From positions 1,487 through 65,486 of the forward strand of contig JBOHSN010000001.1 of the NCBI GenBank assembly GCA_050733215.1: a stretch of 64,000 nucleotides of DNA, written 5' to 3'. A model generated the notes under the pieces. The model did not search any database. It worked only from the letters and a program-made list of their open reading frames with translations, and had not been told where the DNA came from. Positions 27,514 through 35,503 of this stretch are shown here, one piece after another. Origin of the DNA: Gemmatimonadales bacterium. Lineage in GTDB: Bacteria; Gemmatimonadota; Gemmatimonadetes; Gemmatimonadales; GWC2-71-9. The position numbers were made by a program, and so were the translations under genes. Position 1 is the stretch's first letter, and each line of letters starts with the position of its first letter.

Positions 27514-28710
27514 ATGGCCCTCCGCCACGGCGTCACCGCAGCGCTCGCGGTCTGCACCCTGCTCGCGCCGCGGCTCCGGGCCCAGGACACCACGGACGTC
27601 GATCTGACCGATCCGCTGGCGGAAGACACGACCTGGACCAATACCGACCTGCCGTGGTCGCTGAGCTATTTCCCCTACCTCACGGGCCTATCAAACGACG
27701 GCCCGCTGATCGCGGGACGGGTGCGCTACTGGAAGCCGGCGCCGTACGAGGACCGTGTCACCGCGAAGGCCGCGCTCGAGCTCAACGCTGGCATCGGCTT
27801 CCGCGGTAGCCGGTTCGTCACCGCCACGGCGACGGTGCCGCGGCTGGGGCATGGCTGGCGTCTCTTCGCGCTTGGCGCCGCGGTACGCGAGGCGCGGTTC
27901 GGCTTCTACGGCCTGGGCAACGAAACCATCAAGGACGAGAGCCTGACGCTGCCGGACAACAAGCTCTATTACCGGGTCCGCCGTCGCACGTACCGCGTCA
28001 GTCTGGACGTCACCCGCCAACTCGCCGGCCCGTTGCACGCGGCGCTCCTCGGAGAGCTCGTATCGGCCAACTACACGGCGCCGGACGACCAGCCCTCGCT
28101 GTTCGACCAGACCTTCGGGCCCGAGCTCGACAACCGGGACGCGTCGCTCCGTGCGGCGCTCGTGTTCGACACGCGCGACAACGAGTACAACACCCTCAAC
28201 GGCCTGTTGCTCGAGGCCGGCGCCCAGGTGGCCACCGGCGGCGGCAACTACGAGCGGGTCTACGGCATCGCGCGCGGCTGGCTCACGCCGCGGGAGGGCA
28301 CGACTCTCGCCGCGCGCATCGCGGGCTCGCAGCTCTACGGCGCGCCGACCCTCGATGCCCGGTTCATCATCCCCGGCTGGGAACGCCCGGTGCTGGTGCT
28401 CGGCGGCAACTACTCACATCGGGGCCTGGACCTGCCGCGGTTCGCGGGCCAGGGCGTGCTGTTCGGCAACTTCGAGGTGCGGCAAGAGGTCTTCGGCTTC
28501 GGCGACCTCGGGGCGATCGGTCTCGTCGGTTTCGTCGACGCCGGGCGGGTCTTCGAGGAGGACAAGTTCCGGCTCACCTTCAACGATCTCAAGGTGGGCG
28601 GCGGCGGCGGCATCGCGATCAGGATCCTGCGGTCCACGATCTTTACCTTCACCGTGGGCCGCGGCCCCGACGGGACCAACATCGATCTCAACGCGGGGTG
28701 GTTCTTCTGA
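27514..28710 (+). CDS. outer-membrane beta-barrel protein (Omp85/surface antigen D15-like barrel)
   Basis: 398 aa with a signal peptide (AVCTLLAPRLRAQ), alternating beta-strand pattern, and the C-terminal DLNAGWFF terminal-aromatic signature of OMPs. Confidence 0.8.
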   Translation: MALRHGVTAALAVCTLLAPRLRAQDTTDVDLTDPLAEDTTWTNTDLPWSLSYFPYLTGLSNDGPLIAGRVRYWKPAPYEDRVTAKAALELNAGIGFRGSRFVTATATVPRLGHGWRLFALGAAVREARFGFYGLGNETIKDESLTLPDNKLYYRVRRRTYRVSLDVTRQLAGPLHAALLGELVSANYTAPDDQPSLFDQTFGPELDNRDASLRAALVFDTRDNEYNTLNGLLLEAGAQVATGGGNYERVYGIARGWLTPREGTTLAARIAGSQLYGAPTLDARFIIPGWERPVLVLGGNYSHRGLDLPRFAGQGVLFGNFEVRQEVFGFGDLGAIGLVGFVDAGRVFEEDKFRLTFNDLKVGGGGGIAIRILRSTIFTFTVGRGPDGTNIDLNAGWFF

Positions 28711-28899
28711 GTCAGCGGTGAGCAGTAAGCAGTGAGCAGTGAGCAGTGAGCAGTGAGCAGTGAGCAGTGAGCAGTGAGCAGTGAGCAGTGAGCAGTGAGC
28801 AGTGAGCAGTGAGCAGTGAGCAGTGAGCAGTAAGCAGGGGGCTCCGATGTACACCGGAGCCTCCTGCTCACCGCTCACCGCTCACCGCTCACCGCTCAC
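28711..28899. repeat. hairpin with strongly expanded heptad arm (18 GTGAGCA-type units versus 5 CGCTCAC units)
   Basis: Left arm 28711..28836 has 18 heptads, 14 of them consecutive perfect GTGAGCA (28732..28829). The loop 28837..28864 is itself a GGCTCCG/CGGAGCC hairpin. Right arm 28865..28899 has 5 heptads. It starts 1 nt after the OMP stop and contains the stop of the thioredoxin-like gene. Confidence 0.95.
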
Positions 28900-29419
28900 C
28901 GTCCCCTCGTCCAGCCGTCGCCAGCACCTCGCGGAGCGTCGTCTCGCCCCTGTCCCGGGCGTACCACTTCCGGATCTCCGGATAGATCTCGGCTTTCGCG
29001 CGACCCCGCCCGAGTTGCTCGATCACCCAAAGCTGCAGGACGCGCGGCCGCGGACCCCAGCGGCCGATCTCCTGGAACTGCTCGTTCAGCGCGATGACGA
29101 TCGGAATCGAGCGCGAGCCGTTGGTCAGATAGCGGTCCATCAGCTCGGGATGCTCGTCGCGCCGGATGAGGCGGAGCTCGACCCCGGGCGCCAGCTCGGC
29201 CAGGCGCGCCAGAACCGGCAGGGTGTTCGACGCATCGCCGCACCAGTCTTCGGCAATGGCCAGGAGCCGGACCCGACCGTGATCCGACGCCGCGACGGCC
29301 CACTCGGGCACCTTCGCCAGGCGGTAGAGCCCTTCCCACAGCCCGCGGTGCTTGAGGTCGCTCGCGGCGACGAAGTCGGCGTAGGGAAGCGCGGCGTTCC
29401 AGAGAGCGGAGAAGTCCAT
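28889..29419 (-). CDS. thioredoxin-fold family protein
   Basis: 176 aa. LLAIAEDWCGDASNTLPVLARLAE and IPIVIALNEQFQEIGRWGPRP are typical of this thioredoxin-like family. The last codons lie in the repeat arm. Confidence 0.8.
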   Translation of the reverse strand: MDFSALWNAALPYADFVAASDLKHRGLWEGLYRLAKVPEWAVAASDHGRVRLLAIAEDWCGDASNTLPVLARLAELAPGVELRLIRRDEHPELMDRYLTNGSRSIPIVIALNEQFQEIGRWGPRPRVLQLWVIEQLGRGRAKAEIYPEIRKWYARDRGETTLREVLATAGRGDGER

Positions 29420-29500
29420 CGGTCCAGTCCGTGACTACGCTGCAGGAACCCGGAACGAGCCTCCCGGGTTCCGCCTTGCCTCCCGGCATAGATTAGCCGG

Positions 29501-30121
29501 ATGTCCCCATCCCCCCGCCGCGACGGCGAGGCCACCCGCCAGCGGCTGCTGCGCGCCGCCCTCGAGTTGTTCACGAGCAACGGGTTTCGCGCCACCACGA
29601 CGCCCGAGATCGCGGAGCGCGCGGGCGTGGCGGAGGGAACCATCTACCGGCATTTCTCCGGCAAGGAGCACCTGCTCAACGAGGTGTTTCGCGCGGCGCA
29701 CCGGTGGGCGTCCGGACTGGTGGCGGAGACCGATGGTCCGCACCCCCCCCAGGAGCGGCTCCAGCGCATCGGCCGGCGGCTGCTCGAGGGCGCGGAGCGA
29801 GACCCGGCGGCGGCGCGAATGGTCCTCCTCACGCGGGACGACCCGCATCTCGACGAGCGGAGCCGCGACGCCGCCCGGGAGTTTCGCGCGTCGCTCCAGC
29901 AGGTGATCGCGGCGGGCAAGTCCGACGGCGTGGTGCGGTCCGGGCCGGCAGAGCTCTGGGCGGCGGTGTGGCTCTCGGTGGTGGCGTTCGCGGCGGAGCG
30001 CGTGGCCGGGCGCGAGTGGACGGCGGAGCAGCCGCAGGCCGGGCAGGTGCTCGAGGCGGCGTGGGATGCGATTCGGGCGGGAGAGGGAGGGAGAGGGCGG
30101 GAGAAGGAGGGAGGGGAATAA
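29501..30121 (+). CDS. TetR/AcrR family transcriptional regulator
   Basis: 206 aa. The HTH reads RLLRAALELFTSNGFRATTTPEIAERAGVAEGTIYRHF. The C-terminal tail GEGGRGREKEGGE is encoded by the decamer repeat. Confidence 0.9.
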   Translation: MSPSPRRDGEATRQRLLRAALELFTSNGFRATTTPEIAERAGVAEGTIYRHFSGKEHLLNEVFRAAHRWASGLVAETDGPHPPQERLQRIGRRLLEGAERDPAAARMVLLTRDDPHLDERSRDAAREFRASLQQVIAAGKSDGVVRSGPAELWAAVWLSVVAFAAERVAGREWTAEQPQAGQVLEAAWDAIRAGEGGRGREKEGGE

Positions 30122-30176
30122 CTATGCTGCCCTACCTCTCCCGCCGTCTCCCGCCCCCTCCCGCCCTCGTCTCCCC
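30075..30176. repeat. hairpin with decamer-repeat arms (GGCGGGAGAG-type versus CTCTCCCGCC-type)
   Basis: Left arm 30075..30116, loop AATAACTATGCTGCC, right arm 30132..30176. Both convergent stop codons (30119..30121 and 30132..30134) sit at the loop edges, so both arms are translated as protein tails. Confidence 0.9.
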
Positions 30177-30947
30177 CGCAAACGCAGTGAGCTCTCTCGG
30201 ATGTCGCGGCGGCCGGTTCCAGGTCACGCGCCGCGCCCGGCCCGGCCCCGCGGGGCGCACGATCAGCTCGTCGCCCGCAAAGTAGCCCACCGAGTCAGGG
30301 CCCCAGCGCGCCGGGTCGCGCCCCTGATCGGCGATCGCGACCGGAGTGCTGCTGTCCGCCGCGGCGCAGAGCGCCTGCTCGCAGGCGAACACCCGGGCGA
30401 AGGGCGGCTCGCCCACGAACACCCCGAGCGCCGAATCAACCCGCTGCCACTCTTCGGGGGGAACGGCGCGGGCCGGTTCGTCGGTGGGGGGCGCCGGGAT
30501 CGCGTACGCGAATGGGCCGGCGCTCGCGTAGAGCACGCGCCCGTCGCGCCCCCAGCCGATTGCCTGGACCTCCGCTTCGGCCGGCAGCTCCATCCGGCGT
30601 TCCGCTCCCGTCAGCAGGTTGATCACCCAGGGCGTGCGGGCGAGCGTATCGTCGATCCCGCGCCCGCGCAGAAACGCCACCATGAACCCGTTTGGCGACA
30701 GTGCCGGCCGGGCCTCGCGGACCGGCGTGAACGTGATCTGAAAGACCGGGCCGCCGTCGGCCCGCACCCCGAAGAGGTCGCCCACACCGGCGGGATCATC
30801 CGCGATGAAGACGGCGTAGGCGTCGCGCCCTACCACGGCGTGGCGGCGGAGCGGTGAGACGGTTCCGCCGCAGGCTATGGCCACGGTGAGAGGTAAGACG
30901 TGAGCGGTGAGCGGGACCCAACGTGTCCAGAGCGTCTTACCTCTCAC
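30132..30947 (-). CDS. lipoprotein, TolB/PD40-like beta-propeller fragment family
   Basis: 271 aa. The signal peptide and lipobox read MRGKTLWTRWVPLTAHVLPLTVAIACGG. ALSPNGFMVAFLRG resembles PD40 repeats. GTG start at 30947. Confidence 0.7.
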   Translation of the reverse strand: MRGKTLWTRWVPLTAHVLPLTVAIACGGTVSPLRRHAVVGRDAYAVFIADDPAGVGDLFGVRADGGPVFQITFTPVREARPALSPNGFMVAFLRGRGIDDTLARTPWVINLLTGAERRMELPAEAEVQAIGWGRDGRVLYASAGPFAYAIPAPPTDEPARAVPPEEWQRVDSALGVFVGEPPFARVFACEQALCAAADSSTPVAIADQGRDPARWGPDSVGYFAGDELIVRPAGPGRARRVTWNRPPRHPRELTAFAGETRAGGGGRRRER

Positions 30948-30961
30948 CTCTCACCTCTGAC
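30886..30961. repeat. hairpin of GTGAGAG/GTAAGAC/GTGAGCG heptads with a 14-bp perfect stem
   Basis: GTGAGAGGTAAGAC (30886..30899) is the exact reverse complement of 30934..30947. The stem contains the M1 peptidase stop (30937..30939) and the GTG start (30945..30947) of the lipoprotein gene. Confidence 0.9.
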
Positions 30962-32541
30962 CTGAGAAGCCACCAGCCGGCCGGGTCCACCTCCAGCTTC
31001 GAGGGCGGGCGGGAGAACCCGCGGAGCGTGCGGCGCGTGCTCCGTCCGCTCACGTCCAGGGGGAAGTCCTTGCCGTCGATCCGGATCACGAGCCCCGGCA
31101 GGCGGTAGGTGCCCCAGGCCGGCGGCTGCGTCTGGCGGACGTCGATGTCGATCCGGTTGCCCTGATGACGCCACCGCACGTCGAGGATCGGGTATCCGGG
31201 CTGCGTCAGCGCCTGCCGGAAGTACCAGTCGAGATCCCGGCCGGCGGCCTTGGCGGCGGCCTTGGCGAAGTCGGACGAGACGGCGGTGCCGTGCCGATAC
31301 ACGCGATAGTACTCGCGAAGCGCGCCGCCAAACGCCGAGTCGCCGATCATGCCGCGCAGCTGGTGCAGGATCCAGGCGCCCTTCTCATACGCGTTGTCGT
31401 TGAGCAGAGAATCGGGATCGGCGACCCCGGGGTCGATCACGGGCCGCTCGACATCACGCGACGCGAAGTACTGCTCGGCCCCCTGGCGCATGGTCGCCGA
31501 ACGGGCCGGCAGGCCGCCGGTTTCCTCCGCCCACATGGCCGCGAGGTAGGTGGCGAAGCCCTCGGACAGCCAGAGGTGGTGCCAGTCGTCGGGGGTCACC
31601 GCGTCGCCGAACCACTGGTGTGCCGTCTCGTGCGCGACGGTGCGCTCCTCCAGCCGGCCGGCGTGGAGCACGCTGTCGTTGTAGAAGATCGCGGTGGCGT
31701 TCTCCATGCCGCTGAACCGCGTCGCAGCCTGGACATGGGCCAACGAGCCGTAGGGGAACGGGCCGACGAGCCGCGTGAAGTAGTCCACCATGGCTCCGGC
31801 GCGCCGGAACGGCCCCGCGGCCGCCCTCGCTGAATCGGCCGGGTCGGTCCAGAGCGACACCGGCACGCAGCGCGCGGGACAGCCGGCCGCGCCCAGCCGC
31901 GTGACGGCGAACCTGCCGATGCCGATCACGATCGAGTAGGTGGGAATCGGCTCGTTCAGGCGATAGTGCCAGAGCCGGTGGTCGTACGGCAGCGTGTCGA
32001 TCGTTTCGAGCGTGCCGTTGGCGATCACCTGCACGCCCGCGGGCACCTGCACGTGGAAGGCGACCGTCGCCTTGTCGGAGGGATGGTCCTGCACCGGCAG
32101 CCAACCGTGCGCGTGGTCGGGCCAGTTGTCGGCGAACACGCGAAGCCCGGCCGGACCCGGCCGGAACACCAGCCCGTCGCGCACTTCACCGCGATACCGG
32201 ACCCGGGTGGAGAGCGTGTCGCCCGCGCGCGCCTCGTGCGGTACGGCGAGCTGTTCGCCGCGGCGGAACCACATTGTGCGAACCAGGCGGGTGTTCTCGC
32301 GGCCGTTCACCAGCACGCGGATGACGCGGAGCGCGGAGTCGAGCCGCAGCTCCACCGGCTCGCTGGAGGCGAGCCGCCAACTCACGTCGGTCTGGCCCAG
32401 CACGTGGCGGCCGGTGTCGCCGAGCACCAGGCTCACGTCGTAGTGCGTGACGTCGTGCGGAAGACGCGTGGTGTCCGGCCGCACCGCGAGCGGCGAGACT
32501 GCCGCGGCGGTCTGAAGCAGAAGCCCGGGGATGGTGAGCAT
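30937..32541 (-). CDS. M1 family aminopeptidase
   Basis: 534 aa with GMENATAIF, HETAHQWFGD (HExxH) and WLSEGFATY. Confidence 0.92.
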   Translation of the reverse strand: MLTIPGLLLQTAAAVSPLAVRPDTTRLPHDVTHYDVSLVLGDTGRHVLGQTDVSWRLASSEPVELRLDSALRVIRVLVNGRENTRLVRTMWFRRGEQLAVPHEARAGDTLSTRVRYRGEVRDGLVFRPGPAGLRVFADNWPDHAHGWLPVQDHPSDKATVAFHVQVPAGVQVIANGTLETIDTLPYDHRLWHYRLNEPIPTYSIVIGIGRFAVTRLGAAGCPARCVPVSLWTDPADSARAAAGPFRRAGAMVDYFTRLVGPFPYGSLAHVQAATRFSGMENATAIFYNDSVLHAGRLEERTVAHETAHQWFGDAVTPDDWHHLWLSEGFATYLAAMWAEETGGLPARSATMRQGAEQYFASRDVERPVIDPGVADPDSLLNDNAYEKGAWILHQLRGMIGDSAFGGALREYYRVYRHGTAVSSDFAKAAAKAAGRDLDWYFRQALTQPGYPILDVRWRHQGNRIDIDVRQTQPPAWGTYRLPGLVIRIDGKDFPLDVSGRSTRRTLRGFSRPPSKLEVDPAGWWLLRSEVRGER

Positions 32542-32550
32542 TGTTTGAAA

Positions 32551-32676
32551 GTAAGCAGTGAGCGGTAAGCAGTGAGCGGTGAGCGGTGAGCGGTAAGGGG
32601 AACGCGCTGAGACCGGCGCGCCCTAACGAAGCCCTCGCACCGCTCACCGCTCACTGCTTACCGCTCACCCCTCACT
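32551..32676. repeat. hairpin with GTRAGCR heptad arms (7 versus 5 units)
   Basis: Left arm 32551..32599 and right arm 32641..32675. The DLH stop (32672..32674) lies in the last heptad. The M1 ATG is 9 nt from the left arm. Confidence 0.92.
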
Positions 32677-33460
32677 TTCCGAGATGCCGCCGGTAGAACG
32701 CTATGATGTCCTCCCACGCCCGCTCGGGCTCCGGCCCGTCGTTCCCTTTCCGCCCGGGCTTGAGGAAGCCGTGTCCCGTGCCCGGGTAGATCGTCCGGTC
32801 GAATCGCTTGCCCAGCTGCTTCATCTCGGCGTCGGTCGCGGGGAGCGACTGGTTGATCCGCGCGTCGTCCTCGCCATAGACGCCGAGGATCGGGGACTTG
32901 ATCCGATCCAGGCCCTCGCCCGCCGTCGGGCCATAGCAGACCACGGCCGCGCGCAGCTTCGGGTTGTTGGTCGCATAGCGGAAGCTCTGTCCCCCACCCC
33001 AGCAGAAGCCGATCACGCCGATGCGCTCGGAGGCCACCGCCGGCTGCGCGCCGATCCAGGCGTAGGTGGCGTCGAGGTCGGCCGTCACCCGCGCGGGCTC
33101 CAACTCGCCGATCAGCTTGCGGCCGCTATCGGGGTTCGCCGGCGAACGGCCGTGCTTGGATGAGAGCAGGTCGGGCACGATGGCCACGAGGCCGTTGTTC
33201 GCCAGGCGGTCCACGACGGTCGGCTCCCAGTCGGTCAGACCGTAGACCTCGTGAATCACGATGACCGCGGGCGCCTTGTCCTTCCGCTCGGGATACGCGA
33301 CGTAGGCGCGGATGGTGTCCCGGGTGCCCGGTTTGGCGTACTTCACCCACTCGCCGTGTGTCGTCACCGCATCGTCCTGCCGGACCGCGGCGCCGGCGAG
33401 GATCACGCCCACACCGATCACCGCCGCCGCGCGTATGAGCGTGCTCACGGGACCTCCCAT
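32672..33460 (-). CDS. dienelactone hydrolase family protein (secreted)
   Basis: Contains APAVIVIHEVYGL, IGVIGFCWGGG (nucleophile Cys) and YPGTGHGF. Start is ATG 33460, or GTG 33448 overlapping the upstream stop (GTGA). Confidence 0.88.
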   Translation of the reverse strand: MGGPVSTLIRAAAVIGVGVILAGAAVRQDDAVTTHGEWVKYAKPGTRDTIRAYVAYPERKDKAPAVIVIHEVYGLTDWEPTVVDRLANNGLVAIVPDLLSSKHGRSPANPDSGRKLIGELEPARVTADLDATYAWIGAQPAVASERIGVIGFCWGGGQSFRYATNNPKLRAAVVCYGPTAGEGLDRIKSPILGVYGEDDARINQSLPATDAEMKQLGKRFDRTIYPGTGHGFLKPGRKGNDGPEPERAWEDIIAFYRRHLGK

Positions 33461-34425
33461 ATCTCGACCCGGCCCTCCATCAAGAGCGGCACGGCGGCGC
33501 GCCGCCGCTTCGCGTCCCAGCCGAGGTCCGCGGGCGACGGCACTCCGCCGGTGAGCCGGGTGACGCGTCCGCCTTCGACGACGTTCAAGCTCGAGTCGGT
33601 CCACGAGGTGACGAGGAGGCGTCCGTTGCCGATCGGCTCGACACCATCGTGCTGTCCCTTACCCTTGGCCAGGGGCTGCAACGCGCTGTCGCCGGGGGCC
33701 CACCGCACCATCTGCTGACCGAAGAACGGCACTACCACGAAGGAGCGCCCGGCCGAGTCCCACGTAATGCCGTTCGGGGCGGCGAGGCTGGTGTCCTGGA
33801 GCGCGACCGTGGCCTTGCGGTCGGCACCGATGCGGTAGATGCGGTCCGGACCTGGGTGCCCCATCCCGGTCTTGGGATCGACGCCGAGTCCGGTGTCGGT
33901 GAGGTAGAGGGCGCCGTCGGGGCCCACCGCCACGTCGTTGAGGAACTTGGCGCCGCGCACGTTGACGGCCGCGACCGGCGCGCCGGTCCTGCGGCTGAAC
34001 CCGCGCACCGCGTCGATGTCGGCCACCCAGAGCGTGTCGCCGGCGATCGCCATGCCCTTGGGCGCGTTGAGCACCGCACCGCCGCGTCCCCCCGCGATGA
34101 ACTTCACCGAATCAGGGCTGCCATCGCCCTTGTACCGGCCGATCACGCCGTTGTTGTCCTTGCCGAGCGGCGAGACCTCGCCCTCGCCGAAGCTGGCGAC
34201 GTACCACACGTCGAGCTCCGGATCGTACCGGACCGCCTCGGCCGCGTTCACCTTGATCTCGCCGACCTTCTTCGGCGCCGCGGCGGTCACGGCGGGATCA
34301 CCGGCCGCCGTGTCGGCGTGGCCGGCCTGGTCGGGCGGAGGCCGATCGCAACCTATTGCGAGTGTAAGTGTGAGTGCGAGTGTGAGTGGCAGGGCCATCG
34401 GGGCTGGGCGGGGTCGGTATGTCAT
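33445..34425 (-). CDS. beta-propeller lipoprotein (SMP-30/gluconolactonase/LRE-like or NHL-like)
   Basis: ATG 34425 gives MTYRPRPAPMALPLTLALTLTLAIGC (lipobox). Repeats include NAPKGMAIAGDTLWVADI and LNDVAVGPDGALYLTDTG. Confidence 0.78.
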   Translation of the reverse strand: MTYRPRPAPMALPLTLALTLTLAIGCDRPPPDQAGHADTAAGDPAVTAAAPKKVGEIKVNAAEAVRYDPELDVWYVASFGEGEVSPLGKDNNGVIGRYKGDGSPDSVKFIAGGRGGAVLNAPKGMAIAGDTLWVADIDAVRGFSRRTGAPVAAVNVRGAKFLNDVAVGPDGALYLTDTGLGVDPKTGMGHPGPDRIYRIGADRKATVALQDTSLAAPNGITWDSAGRSFVVVPFFGQQMVRWAPGDSALQPLAKGKGQHDGVEPIGNGRLLVTSWTDSSLNVVEGGRVTRLTGGVPSPADLGWDAKRRRAAVPLLMEGRVEIWEVP

Positions 34426-34487
34426 ACATCGATCTCCGGTTCGTTGTGATACGCACTCGCACGCACACTCACACTCGCACTCACTCC
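34357..34487. repeat. hairpin with hexamer-repeat arms (TGYGAG versus CRCACT units), 19-bp perfect core
   Basis: GTGAGTGCGAGTGTGAGTG (34370..34388) is the exact reverse complement of 34466..34484. The 77-nt loop holds the lipoprotein ATG. The right arm holds the ParB-like stop (34481..34483). The left arm encodes LTLALTLTL of the signal peptide. Confidence 0.9.
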
Positions 34488-35431
34488 TCGCTCGGAGCTC
34501 CGCCCGCCTGCGCCACCTGGTCCTGCCGCACCCGGCCCGCATCGAACCGCCGTGCGGCCGCCAGCATTTTGTCGATCGTCTCGTCCACGTCGGCCTTTGC
34601 GCCCCGCTGGAACCGAAGCGGATTGACCCGGGCCACGACGAACGCGCGGAGGTAGGGGCTCTCGAAGCCGCGCCCCTTGAGCTGCTTCACTGCCTCGGCC
34701 ACGGCCGCGTCCAGCTCCAGGACACGGGCTGCCCGCTCGCGCCTGATCTCCAGTGCCCGCGAGAGCCGGGTGGCGGAAAACTGCTCGACCCGCTTGAGCA
34801 CCGGATGGTACGATCCGCCGGCGAACCGGCCGTTCTCCTGGTAGCAGAGTCCGAGCGTGAGGAACGCGGGCTCCTCGAACTCCATCGCGTAGTCCCGTTC
34901 CGGCCGGTCATCGAGCACCGCCAGGCCCTCTGCGAGCCGCGCGACCTCGAGCGACTTCTCTCTCAGATTGTGCGCCTTCTCGGTGTTGAGCAGCAGGATC
35001 CGGTGGGCCACCTCGGCGTCGGGCACCACTATCGCGACCACCGCGCGGGCGCCGAGCGAACGGAGCGCAGCGAGCCGGTGATGACCGTTGGGCGTCTGGT
35101 AGCGCTCGTCGTCGGTGCGCACGGCGACCACGGGGTCGAGGAACCGGTCGAGGCGGTCGATGGCGTCGGCCAGGCGCGCCACGTGCGGCTGAGAGAGATC
35201 GCGCTGGTACGGCGTCGGATCCACCAGCTCGAGGGGAAGCGCGGCGAGCACCTGCCAGTGCCCGCCCACCGGGTCGCGGTACGCGGCGAGCGCGGTGCCG
35301 CCGTCCTCTGCGATCGCCTCGCGCAGCCGCTCGACCGCGGCCGGCTCCTGCGCGCCGGCCACGGCCCGCGCGGTCGGCCCACGGGAGGCCGGCTCGGCCG
35401 CCTTCTTCTTCCGGCTCGGCGCGCGTGGCAT
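34481..35431 (-). CDS. ParB/Srx-fold (ParB-like nuclease domain) protein
   Basis: ATG 35431. LELVDPTPYQRDLSQPHVARLADAIDRLDRFLDPVVAV...YQTPNGHHRLAALRSLG matches the ParB N-terminal domain core (GxxR box, here NGHHR). I did not recognise the C-terminal ~170 aa. Confidence 0.75.
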   Translation of the reverse strand: MPRAPSRKKKAAEPASRGPTARAVAGAQEPAAVERLREAIAEDGGTALAAYRDPVGGHWQVLAALPLELVDPTPYQRDLSQPHVARLADAIDRLDRFLDPVVAVRTDDERYQTPNGHHRLAALRSLGARAVVAIVVPDAEVAHRILLLNTEKAHNLREKSLEVARLAEGLAVLDDRPERDYAMEFEEPAFLTLGLCYQENGRFAGGSYHPVLKRVEQFSATRLSRALEIRRERAARVLELDAAVAEAVKQLKGRGFESPYLRAFVVARVNPLRFQRGAKADVDETIDKMLAAARRFDAGRVRQDQVAQAGGAPSEE

Positions 35432-35503
35432 ACCTCCCAAGGGTAAACGGGGCGGGACTTGCCGCGCGACCGCTTGGTGTACGTGCACCGAGGCGGCGGA
35501 GCT

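Noticed and set aside
28711-28836. Possible CRISPR array or coding repeat (SKQ/LLTAHCS pseudo-peptides)
   Set aside because: The unit is only 7 nt with no spacers. It is one arm of a hairpin. The overlapping ORFs (28410..28878) are repeat translations with no start context.
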